Positions 11,742-21,791 of a stretch of DNA of 64,000 nucleotides are shown piece after piece. Origin of the DNA: Epithemia pelagica (taxonomy: Eukaryota; Protista; Bacillariophyta); assembly GCA_946965045.2 (NCBI GenBank), contig OX337229.1:4154001-4218000 (forward strand). The letters are read 5' to 3'. A program made the position numbers and the translations under genes. The notes under the pieces are model-generated. The model did not search any database. It saw only the letters and a list, made by a program, of their open reading frames with translations, and was not told the origin of the DNA. Within the stretch, counting starts at the first letter, position 1. The number at the start of each line of letters is the position of its first letter.

Positions 11742-12020
11742 CTTGTTTTGTTTTTTGTGAGACGAACATACAACTGAGAGCATCGTGCTGTGTCTTGTAA
11801 TGGGATGTGGAATGTACCTGCTCGCGATCTCAAGACCAAACTCAAACAACCTACTTAGATCAACGGATAGCTGAACGGAAAGAGGTGCGCGTAAAGATCC
11901 GACCAACCCGTGTGGCTCCCACATTTTGGATGCATCCGGAAACGAAACATGCAAACACGAAACAACCCACTGCTTTGAATCGATCGAACAATCAACCTAA
12001 CGTGCGGAGTTCGGAGTACG

Positions 12021-12560
12021 ATGCTACCAACACCAACAATCAACAACGGCATGGAGGACGAGGTCGAGTTCTTTTTCAACAAGGACAAGTTTGGCTCTGA
12101 AGACGATCGAAGTCGATGTAACTTTCGGACGAGCTTTTACGCGGACAGGGTCAATGTTCTCGTTGGAGACATTGTCGACAACGGCGCAGAACAAAATGGA
12201 CGGAATGTTGTCGACCGTGGGCATGTTCTCCTCCAACGGGAGACAAGCACAGACTATCTTCGGTTGGCATTTTACAAGAGGGAAGCGCGGTCCGAGTTTG
12301 CCGACCCGCTGCTTGTGCTGCCAGTTGGGTTCATTGTCAAGACAGTGATGAAGGAAGTTCTCTCACCCACGGACTCCAGCAAGAAGAAGGGCCGCATTCA
12401 ATTCTACACACGGTGCACGATCGATACGAAGAGCAGCATGGACCCAATGGTCGTCACCCTCTACATGAGCCTCTTCCACATGGAAGAGCTCAAGACTGCT
12501 CTTGCCTACATGACGACAAAATACCCTACCCAGAGCCTGTTCTTTACAGCAGATGCGTAA
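12021..12560 (+). CDS. Transposon cargo hypothetical protein (beta-rich, possibly PH/RanBD-like fold)
   Basis: 179-aa ORF of globular composition, divergent from the KTP gene and ending ~170 bp inside the right TIR. The fold call is only a weak impression. Confidence 0.55.
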   Translation: MLPTPTINNGMEDEVEFFFNKDKFGSEDDRSRCNFRTSFYADRVNVLVGDIVDNGAEQNGRNVVDRGHVLLQRETSTDYLRLAFYKREARSEFADPLLVLPVGFIVKTVMKEVLSPTDSSKKKGRIQFYTRCTIDTKSSMDPMVVTLYMSLFHMEELKTALAYMTTKYPTQSLFFTADA

Positions 12561-12760
12561 TAGAACCTACTTAGTCGATTAGCAATAGTACTTGTTGTGT
12601 TTGTAGCCAGGAATGGCATCGTATTTGTCCAAACATCGATCCATCCCATTGTCATGGTTGCTGCGGATTATCCACTGTGGAGTTTTGTGTACTGGTTTTT
12701 TTCGGGTACAGTCTTGTACACTAATATACTCATGCACTCCGCAACTTGAACCAGCTCGTA

Positions 12761-13263
12761 CAAGCTGGTTTCGCGCGCCATATACCTCGTGTATTAAAGT
12801 ACAAAAATTGTGTACAAATCTAGCAAATACTCCCTTTTTTTGGAGTACAAATTATCTCATAGTAATCTAGCGGTGCGGACGAGTTGCAGTTTTCCGGTTC
12901 CTCACATAATTTCGTGATGGTATTCGAGAACGAAAACAACTGCCACCGCTTCAGGTCACCATCGCCGTCTGAGGCCGCTGGTACCTGAAGTAATGCACCA
13001 GATCGATAGCATAGGTATAACATCAACAGATAATCAAAAAACTTCAAGTACGCGGTGCCTGTAGCTCGAGATATAGCAGTACTTCACGCAACAACAACAA
13101 CAACAACACGAGAAACTTTCGCCTCGGCCGCTCCCTCGTTTGTCTCCCCGGCGGTCGAGAAGCAAAGTGGCATAAATGATTACTATGATGGTTTATGTAC
13201 AAAATTGTCAATACAGTATTTGTACTGTAATACACTAGGCAGGTCCCTCGTGAAACCAGCTTG
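12761..13263. mobile_element. Non-autonomous TA-flanked MITE (503 bp) related to the large element
   Basis: Starts CAAGCTGGTTTC and ends GAAACCAGCTTG (12-bp perfect inverted match), with further imperfect matches (GTGTATTA.AGTACAAA). TA at 12759-12760 and 13264-13265. Confidence 0.75.
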
Positions 13264-14237
13264 TAGAGGACAAGGTTAACTGCTTCATGCTTTCCAGGGT
13301 AGAGATCAGAGCATCTCTCTCTAGAGAGGCCCAACAATCTTCTTTTACCGTTATGTTTGGTTGGGGGAATATTCTTATTTCTCATGGGTTAGCGCTTAGC
13401 GCTGCAAGAAGCAAGCTCGTACTCGTTGTTTTTGTAATGTGTCTTATTAGTTGTTCTATGTCTCTAATTACCACGCAAACTGCAATGGCGCGTTTTAAGG
13501 GGCAATAGGTTCTAAGTATTATTTTTATTAAGCTCCTATCGGAAATCGGAATACTCGCGGATGCCGAACACCGTCTGTTGTCTGTCCCGAACAAAATTTG
13601 AAGGAGAATTCTGCAGGATTGTGGGTTGGGCGTTGGGCGTTCAACGTCCAAACACGAACGCAAGAGTCCGGAGTCCGGACAAACACGAACACACATGAGG
13701 TGCCAAAATCTCTGTTCCTGCTTGGCGAACAATGATGCGTGAATAGGACGACGGTCCATCAGCCCCAACCTCCGTACGCATCAGGGCAATGGGAAATGGG
13801 ACATGAGGCGCTGGCGTGGTGTATTCTATGGCCTACAGACACCGGTGCATCCGGAACTGATGCGGTTCGTCTCACCGGAAAACCCCGGTTGAAGCGTGAA
13901 CCGCTGTGTGCGCTTGACTGCACGAATTCAACACAGACGAGATGAATATGAGATGCATCGTCAAAATGAAATATACGACTGTTCGAGCTTTTAGATTCAA
14001 TACTTCTTGATTCCTAGTCAAGCTATGCCCGAATAATGAGAGGAGCAAGAAGAGAAACCTAGAGCAGAGAAAGGAAACAAAATTGTGAATTAGGAGTATG
14101 TGATAGTAGCTACATTGTCATATCGTCCCCTTCTTCGTTTAGGTTCTCCATCAAAACTATATTCCAAAATTGAACCGCTGAGTCATGACAAAATAAATGA
14201 GTTTCAATGATCGAAACGTCAACAGATTGCACTCCAG

Positions 14238-16145
14238 TTAGTCAGGTGCTTGTGGTGCTTCATTTGCCCCAACGTTTCTCGATAACGTGTCTATATCATC
14301 GGTTTCCAGGGAAGATTTCACCTTGCCTCCTGCGGGGATGTTTACCGTATCAGGATTGGTACAAGTAGTAGTTGTTATTTGTGGTAGAGTGGACGATGAT
14401 ATAGATGTCGGTGATGTTTCGTCCTCTTCCGGTGTGCCCGAAGCGACTAGCTTTTCACCCTCTGTCAATAGTGAATCAGGCCACTCCTCCAACTCTTCCA
14501 GGGCACCGAGCTCATCGAGTCTAGTATCCACATCCTGGAATGACGAGGTAATTTCAAGCTTGGAATCTTCCGACTGCGACCCTGGAAAGTAGTCAGAAGT
14601 CGCCTGAGTAGAGTATTCTGTCGCAGTCATTTCCGGTCCCAAATGTTCAGCTCGGTCGGCTGCTTTGATTTGCTGTTTGTGACCCAACCTTTCCAACAAC
14701 TTCTGAAGGCTTGTTCGAACATTGGAAGCCTTTGGGCGGTGGATAGGCCCAATCGTTATGCATCCACGAACTATTTGACACACTTCATCAGGCCAACATT
14801 TACAAATGGGTAATGGGCATTGTTCAGTTGGGACTGAGAGCACGGAATCGTCCTTAAACTTTCTCAATACTTCACGAGGACTGCCAAGCGACATGAGTTC
14901 CCACATACAAACACCGAAACTATATACATCGGCAGAGAGGTTGTAAGGAACCTTTTTGCGAACCTCTGGAGCCATATAGTATTTCGTGCCAACGCGGGAC
15001 ATGAGGTATGTCTCCTGGTCCTTGTTGGAGGGAAGTAATCGGGTGAGTCCAAAATCAAACAACTTCAAGTCTCCATGGACATCAAAACCAATGTTCGTCG
15101 TCTTGAGATCACGATAAATTATTCTCCGCTCGTGCATATACTCCATAGCAGAAGATATATCGTAAGCTACTTGCAGTCGCTCCAGTAGAATCGAGTCAAG
15201 CTTTACAATCGCTTTTTGTTTGGACCAGGGCATTTTCAAGCGACCTCGGTGCTTTCGGATAGAATTTCTCCACTCAAAAACGCGATTCTCCAATGTCTCC
15301 GGCAATCGATCAATTATCATGAAGAATCCTGTATGTTTCCCTGATGCAAAACCGTTCACACCGTCCATTGACCATCCACGTAGTGTTATGATGTTGGGAT
15401 GATTCATTGCCATCAATAGCTGAGCTTCCAGTACAAGGTCAATCGCAGCGCGTTCAAACCGCTCTGGTTCTTTCATCAGACCTTTTCTCAGGTGCTTCAG
15501 AGCATATCTTGACATTCTGTGTCCTTGAATTTTACTCTTCTTTCCTGTTGGATAAATCTCATCACCAGCTTGAATAGGGCCCAACACGTTGTCAGCCAAG
15601 TATTGGCGGCCGTTCTGTTCATGAACAGAAACGCTGTCCGTGAGATCTCGAGCCGGATGAAAGGACGCTACTTCGTACACAGACGAAAAGCCTCCGGTTC
15701 CAAGTAGGCTCCCTATTTCGATTTCTTCGTAATCAAAAGGAGCAATGGTGCGATCTCGCTCCTTGTCACCGGTGAATCTCGATTCCTCCGATTGAATGAT
15801 ACGAGATTTCACCAGTTCTTTCTGTAGTCTTTGAACGTGCCTAGCACATCGATCTTTGATCTTGGTGGACGTTTCTTCGTCAATACGAATCGATCGTACT
15901 TCAGAAGGGGCGTTCATCTGGTAAATGTAGGCATAGATGCCAGCATCAAAGTCCGGCCCCATACCATCATCTTGTTCCGCTATTAAGGGAATCAACGAAT
16001 CAGTTCCAGGATACGGTATTTTTGTACAAACATTGCAATGAAGATGGTTATCAACCCTTTGTTGTTTCAAATGTTCATCGGCTGCCGCTTTTTTCCGAAA
16101 CCCCCTACGGCGAGCCAACGATGGGTTGGAACACGAGTACGCCAT
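14238..16145 (-). CDS. Tyrosine-kinase-like Ser/Thr protein kinase
   Basis: 635-aa ORF with LGTGGFSSVY, YALKHL, IIYRDLKTTNIG, LFDFGL, GTKYYMAPE and DVYSFG. Confidence 0.93.
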   Translation of the reverse strand: MAYSCSNPSLARRRGFRKKAAADEHLKQQRVDNHLHCNVCTKIPYPGTDSLIPLIAEQDDGMGPDFDAGIYAYIYQMNAPSEVRSIRIDEETSTKIKDRCARHVQRLQKELVKSRIIQSEESRFTGDKERDRTIAPFDYEEIEIGSLLGTGGFSSVYEVASFHPARDLTDSVSVHEQNGRQYLADNVLGPIQAGDEIYPTGKKSKIQGHRMSRYALKHLRKGLMKEPERFERAAIDLVLEAQLLMAMNHPNIITLRGWSMDGVNGFASGKHTGFFMIIDRLPETLENRVFEWRNSIRKHRGRLKMPWSKQKAIVKLDSILLERLQVAYDISSAMEYMHERRIIYRDLKTTNIGFDVHGDLKLFDFGLTRLLPSNKDQETYLMSRVGTKYYMAPEVRKKVPYNLSADVYSFGVCMWELMSLGSPREVLRKFKDDSVLSVPTEQCPLPICKCWPDEVCQIVRGCITIGPIHRPKASNVRTSLQKLLERLGHKQQIKAADRAEHLGPEMTATEYSTQATSDYFPGSQSEDSKLEITSSFQDVDTRLDELGALEELEEWPDSLLTEGEKLVASGTPEEDETSPTSISSSTLPQITTTTCTNPDTVNIPAGGKVKSSLETDDIDTLSRNVGANEAPQAPD

Positions 16146-16947
16146 TTAGCAGTGTTTGCAACAATACGAACGGTTGTTACTTCATTCGATCCCAAAGACT
16201 TTGATGTATTCTGTAACCTTTGTCTTCTTTTGCTTTGTCTTTCTCCTTTTTATGAATTGGTCACAACCTCCACGATGTCAAAATCACCAATAAAACACAA
16301 CGAGAAGCATAGTGCGAGCTGTAATGCCGGAGACAGTGAGGATCAACAACGAAAAGGGTGAATAACGAACAACGGAGAACGGAGTGTGTGGCTTCAAACT
16401 CCAACCTCGAACCTTGACCCAATGTGGTGGCGCTAGTTGTGAAGTCACAACCAATTGTGGGATAGGAGGAAATATGAACCGTTGGGGCGTACGATATCTC
16501 ACAGCAAAATGAGCAAAAATTTTGCTTCGCGGGGCTCATTATTTGTTTTGGAAAACAAAATCAACAATATTTATTTTTAAATTATCCGACTCATGCTTAT
16601 TATTTCGGAAAGGTGACGTAGAAACTACTCCTTATCGAGATTGTAGTACAGCCAGGCTACCACTCACCGAGAGACAGACAAGGGTAGTCAGAACTATAGA
16701 CTCTGTCAGTACTTTGTCATCAATGAGAAGCATGGGGAATGGGGAGCAGACAGTATACACTACTTACAAGAAGCACATAGAGATGTTCCCCAAGTTCCAA
16801 ACGAACTAAATACGAACTAAGAACCAGTCGCACTTCTCCCAACGCAGTGACCGGGAGGATGATGAATAGAAAGAGATCTGGCTATTTCAAATTTAGATCA
16901 CAAATAGCCTGCTAATTGACTCTTTCTTCCTTGTTCCTGCTTCCTTA

Positions 16948-17737
16948 GGGCCTGTGTCCAGGGAATGTGTTTTTGAGTTCTGAAATCGAGTTTCGAGTTT
17001 CGAGGTTGAGCTAATAGGTTATGGTCCCCTTGAAAACTCGAAAACACAACCTCGAATCCCCCAAATCTTGGCAATCCCCCAACGACCTTGCCAAGATTCT
17101 GAAATCGAGTTTCGAGTTTCGAGGTTTGCAAAGAGCCCCACGCGCTCCTACAAAACCCACCTTTCAGCCGCCGGGCTCTCTGTCTCTCATTTCGATCTCT
17201 CCGACAACAACAACGAGGCAATCTCTCTTGTCCATCATAGACAATAGTACAATAGTAGCACAATGATTGATGTGATATAAGTAGGAGCTTCTCTAGAAAA
17301 TAAGCAAGTATTATTAACCTGTCGCTGCCATGGAAGTAATGGTCACAACCACTGTCAATGGTCAAAAGCAAATAGTTCTCATCTCTCCATAGATGACATG
17401 GTTACGGAACAAAGCCCGCATCCTGCTCCATGGACGGGCTCTACAAATATTCTACCTTCTCCCGTTATGCAATGTGATATTAGGAATTAGGAGTACTCAA
17501 GCGACATTTGTTTGTCGTCATTGTCAATTGCCGTTGTGCTCGTTCATGCGCCGGTAGGGGGGAAGCATGGGAGTGCACGAGTATTGAAAAATAAAACTCG
17601 AAACTCGAAACTCGAAAATACAGTTTTTACCTGGACACGTACATCCAGATCGTTGTTTCAAGGTAGGGACAGAGCCCCACCTCAAAACTCGAAACTCGAT
17701 TTCAGACCTCGAAAACACATTCCCTGGACACAGGGCC
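16948..17737. mobile_element. PIF/Harbinger (Tourist-like) MITE family A, copy 1 (790 bp)
   Basis: ~58-bp imperfect TIRs (GGGCCTGTGTCCAGGGAATGTGTTTT...), 3-bp TSD TTA (16945-47, 17738-40), subterminal TCGAGTT/AACTCGA arrays. A near-identical copy lies at 47673-48460. Confidence 0.88.
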
Positions 17738-17740
17738 TTA

Positions 17741-19181
17741 GGGTCGGTCCTATCGACACGATTTCTTCGCATTCTTCGCAAATCTTCGCATACATCCGGA
17801 CGGATTTGCCCAAATTTTGCGAAGAAAATCTTCGCAAGTGGCCCATTTCGCAGATTTGAGGATTTGCGAAGGTTTTTGCGAAGGTCGTAGGGTAGCAACA
17901 TTTTTCTCGGGTAGTACACGCAATTACTTAGTTTGGTTAGATACTCCTACGAACACACCTATGATCCATGATACCATACCAATGCCGATCGGCCAAATCC
18001 AAACGACTCATCCCCTTTGAGCAGCACCACATCTTTGTGCTGGATACCACCTCTCCAACTACGACTCGTTCGAATATTGAGACTTTCCATAGCCTTCCTG
18101 TGTCGGTCGAATATTGGGACTTTCCATAGCCTTCCTGTGAGATTAGGAGACAGTTTCTAAAGGCGTTTGCTCCTCGTCGGCGCTGACGACGCACTCAGTT
18201 TTGGTTCTTTCAGTCGGATGAACTCTTTTCTCAGTGGTAGCTATGGGATGCTGTCTGGTTGTGGCGGGAAGAGGCAAACGAACCGTGGATACATACCGCA
18301 ACTGCGTATGGTATGTCCCTCCATTTGGAAAAGGCTGTATTATATCATGATGGTTGGCCATCAAATTGTCATGCTGGGTGGCATTTGGAATGAATCTCTT
18401 GCGACCTGACCATCAATGGACAAGAATACGTGGTGTTTTTGGTGGCTCTCCGAGCGACAAGTGACCGAATGGTACGTCGTCATCGTGAACAAGGTGCCCA
18501 AGATACCAATGGAACATGAGCTCATAAGCAAGCAAGGGCCAATAGTTCACACACTTGAAATGTGGTGTACTCGCGGTGTGCCATGTCCAACAACAGGGAA
18601 ACAAAAGAATGGTCCTTTTGATCTCGACCAAACAGCAGGTGCCCTGTTGTTTGTCTGGAATTGTGCTAACAAATGGATGGAATTGTTAACCAATGGAGAC
18701 CATGGACATCCTAGTAGTAGTCGTAGATAATCGTAACTTCAGCTAGAAACAACACAAAATGCTTTACCAAAGGTTTTAGAGGTGGCTGGGATAACAAAGG
18801 GTCAAACACAAAAAGAGAAATGAAAGAACAACTACAATGGGTCCTCAGAGGGCACAGTAGATTCTCTTAGTATGCTACACAATTCTTCCTCTACTCGAGA
18901 ATGTTCAGACAGAGGTGTGGATGCCCCTTTGAACCTGATTCTTCGTTATCTTGTTATTACAACTACTCGTCCCTACTCCTACTCCTATGTTACTCCTAGG
19001 AGTAAGTATGAACTACTCCTATCCATTTTCTCAATAGCATAGCATCCATAGCTTTACTGCGAAGGTGTGCGAAGCTTCGCACTCGTTAAGACTGAACGGA
19101 GTTTCGCAACTTTTGGGTGTCCCCGGATGTATGCGAAGATTTGCGAAGAATGCGAAGAAATCGTGTCGATAGGACCGACCC
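17741..19181. mobile_element. PIF/Harbinger-type non-autonomous element family B (1441 bp)
   Basis: 59-bp perfect TIRs (GGGTCGGTCCTATCGACACGATTTCTTCGCATTCTTCGCAAATCTTCGCATACATCCGG), TTA on both sides (17738-40, 19182-84). Internal direct repeat CGAATATTGRGACTTTCCATAGCCTTCCTGTG x2 near 18070-18140. Confidence 0.88.
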
Positions 19182-19712
19182 TTATCCAATCTCCCACCGT
19201 AATGGGTTATGGCAGACTTAGACATCTACTCCTAAAACATTCTAGAGAGAGAGAATGTAGTTGTTCTCTGTATGCTGTATCTGCTTGCTTGGGGTTACTC
19301 GTTACGTTGCTAGTCAGTATTCAGTATCCGACATTCCGATATGTCCCAGGTCGAATGCACGAGTATTCTGTATTGTACAAGTAGATGGCTGATCTCAAGG
19401 AGAATTTGCCACGCACAGTGATTAGTGATTAGTGACTCTCAAGAAAAACGCTACTCCTAACTCCTATTGGTAATTGGTAATGGGTACTCCGTACTCCGTA
19501 CTCCGTACTCCTAGTTGCTAGTGCTACTGAGATTGAATATTTAAGAATTGAGAATCATAGGAGTATTTGAGTCAAGAGTAGGAGTACTACCTACAGGAAC
19601 TATCTAGAGAACTGTCTTGCAACTGTTGCCTACTTCTACTTGCTGCGAACGTTGATCTTTGATGTCTGACTTCTGACATTTCATATCACAACATAATAAT
19701 ATTACATCTAGC

Positions 19713-20313
19713 TAGAGGTGGCTCCAGCAGCAGGTCCTCTCTGCTGGAGCTAGGTATGCGCTGGAGACGCCTCTGCTGAAGCTAGGTATGCGCATCCGCT
19801 GGAGAAAAGACTACCTGTGCTACCAGGATGAAATTACTTAGCTACTCCTTGAAGCTAGTGAATCTATCTCATGGTGAATGGTGAGAACACATGTTCCCAA
19901 TACTCACAAAAAAATGTAAATCTGTAACGGTGGAAGGGTCCAGTGATGCTTGTTTCGCAGAAATGATCAGTCCTGCAATACTGAACGCCCGTTCAGAAGA
20001 GGCAGCAGTCGCAAGCAATGCAAGATATTTTCTTGCTAGGCGCCAAATTTTGGGATATTTCACTTACTTTCATCTTCCACCATGAGCTAAAGGATCCGTG
20101 AATCTTGCTGTATCATTGACTTTATGTGACAACTTGAGTCCCTTTGATCTACGAAACCTATCCATTTCAAGATGGGGCAGATGGTTTCATGACCTCATTT
20201 CTCCTGGGTGACCAATGTAGCGCTTACCTGCTCCTTTCCAGCAACAGAAAATCTCTGCTGGAGTTTCTCCAGCGCTGGAGATGCGCGTCCGCTTACCGAG
20301 TGAGCCACCTCTT
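19713..20313 (-). mobile_element. Degenerate non-autonomous hAT derivative retaining the C-terminal dimerization domain
   Basis: Minus strand gives (frameshifted) DPL..WWK...YPKIWRLARKYLALLATAASSERAFSIAGLIISAKQASLDPSTV, the hATC motif. 11-bp inverted ends AGAGGTGGCTC/GAGCCACCTCT and CTCCAGC/GCTGGAG subterminal repeats. No clear 8-bp TSD. Confidence 0.7.
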
Positions 20314-20950
20314 ATTGCAGCACAACCTATTAACTATTAACCTCACTCCTTACTCCCCCTTGCGCACATCAAGACAGGTCAGATTCTGAGAATCAGAAAT
20401 CTGGAGTTTGGAGCTCAATGATGTTAAGAGTTAAGAATAAATAATACTACGATTCTACGATGACTATCCATCTACCTCGAGCCCTTAGAGGTCCTAGCTA
20501 GGCAGTCTAGTATCTCCTCTCCTAGCTACTCCTAGAACAAGAAAGTACTCCTATGACTCTCGTCCTCCGTAGCTACCTAGTGCCTGGCAGGGATATCTAT
20601 TACTCCTAGCAAGGAGTACCTGGGACCTGGGACCTGGAAGCTGGGAGGAGTACTAGCTTCCACTGGTTAACCTACTCCTCGGCTACTCTATGTTTTATGT
20701 TTTTAAGGGGTAGTAAAAGTTTCTTAGGAGTAACTTTAAGGCTATCCTGCTCTGAGGAGGAACTGGTTTCTATTTTATTTTGCTCCTAGCTAGCTCTCTA
20801 GGAGTATGCGATGAAAAAAGGTCCGGAGGTTGGTCACAATACTAGTAGCCTGCAAGGTAGCTAAGCTTAGTACTCTAGATAGAGAGTAGATATCTACTCT
20901 CTACTACTAGCTAGAGAGAGAGAGAGGAGGTAGATTCTAAGTCAGAAAAT

Positions 20951-21742
20951 GAAGCCAGTCGCATTTTTCGTGACCACCAGTTCGTCCACAATAGAAAACA
21001 AGAACGAGACGTCGGCATGCTTCTCTCACAACCACACAAGAACGCACCTTTCAACTATGCCGCCATCGACATCACAATTCCGCCGCCGCCACAGCCACAG
21101 CCCCTTCTCGACCCGTCCGACCACACCACACTTGCCTCAATGGCCTCCAGGACGCATCAAGAAGCGGCAAGAGCTAAGTTCTGCAGAGACCCAGACACGG
21201 CCAAACATCTCTTCGACAACGGAATTTACTTGATACCCTTCACCGTTGATCATCTTGGAGGACTCGGTTCTTTCGCCGATCGACTTTTGTTCCCATCAGA
21301 ATACCATCCGCATCTATTCACAACCACACAACCACCACCATGGCACAACCCATACTTCGGAAAGGACCAAAAACGAAGTAAACCACAACCATCGGCATTC
21401 TGACTCTTCGAAGAATCCACCGCAGCACCTTCAAATCTTCTCACGGCAGCCAACGCCAAAACCAAGAAATTCAGCTACCCAGAAGCCCACATATATTCCA
21501 TCGGGCACTTCGCAAAAGCTTCATTGGGCCACGCCATCGTCTCCGCCCTTGCGACTCACGCAAACAACAACATAGGTGCAATCCGGAAGCACCAATCGAA
21601 ACAAAAACTCATAACCACACAATTGCAAAATTTGGCATCCCCGTGTTTTGCGCCGGTAACACCCATATACTCCCCCGCCCCAATGGCAGAATTAGTCCCC
21701 AACATGGACACCGCCCCACTCCTTTGTGAACTGACCGCTTAG
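20951..21742 (+). pseudogene. 3' fragment of an RLE-type (CRE/R2-like) non-LTR retrotransposon ORF, one in-frame TGA at 21401
   Basis: YAAIDITI...THQEAARAKF...GIYLIPFTVDHLGGLGSFADRLL matches the restriction-like endonuclease pattern (D.T....E..K...PF..E/D..G.LG). The frame continues past the stop into ORF 21524-21742. Confidence 0.55.
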
Positions 21743-21791
21743 GAGTCCCACTATCGCATAGACAGTAAACCTAAACCAAATCGAAAGAACC

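Larger units (their letters stand above)
5921..12758 (+). mobile_element. Cargo-carrying IS630/Tc1/mariner-like DNA transposon (6838 bp)
   Basis: 31-bp TIRs: CAAGCTGGTTCACGTTGCGGAGTGCATGAGT at 5921-5951 and its reverse complement at 12728-12758, with 2 mismatches. TA lies on both sides (5919-5920, 12759-12760). Encloses a DDE transposase and three further ORFs. Confidence 0.88.

Noticed and set aside
13382-13945. ORFs and short repeats between the MITE and the kinase
   Set aside because: No TIR, TSD or protein motif could be established.
17817-18730. Possible transposase remnant inside Harbinger element B
   Set aside because: All frames are interrupted and no DDE or Myb/SANT motif is recognisable.
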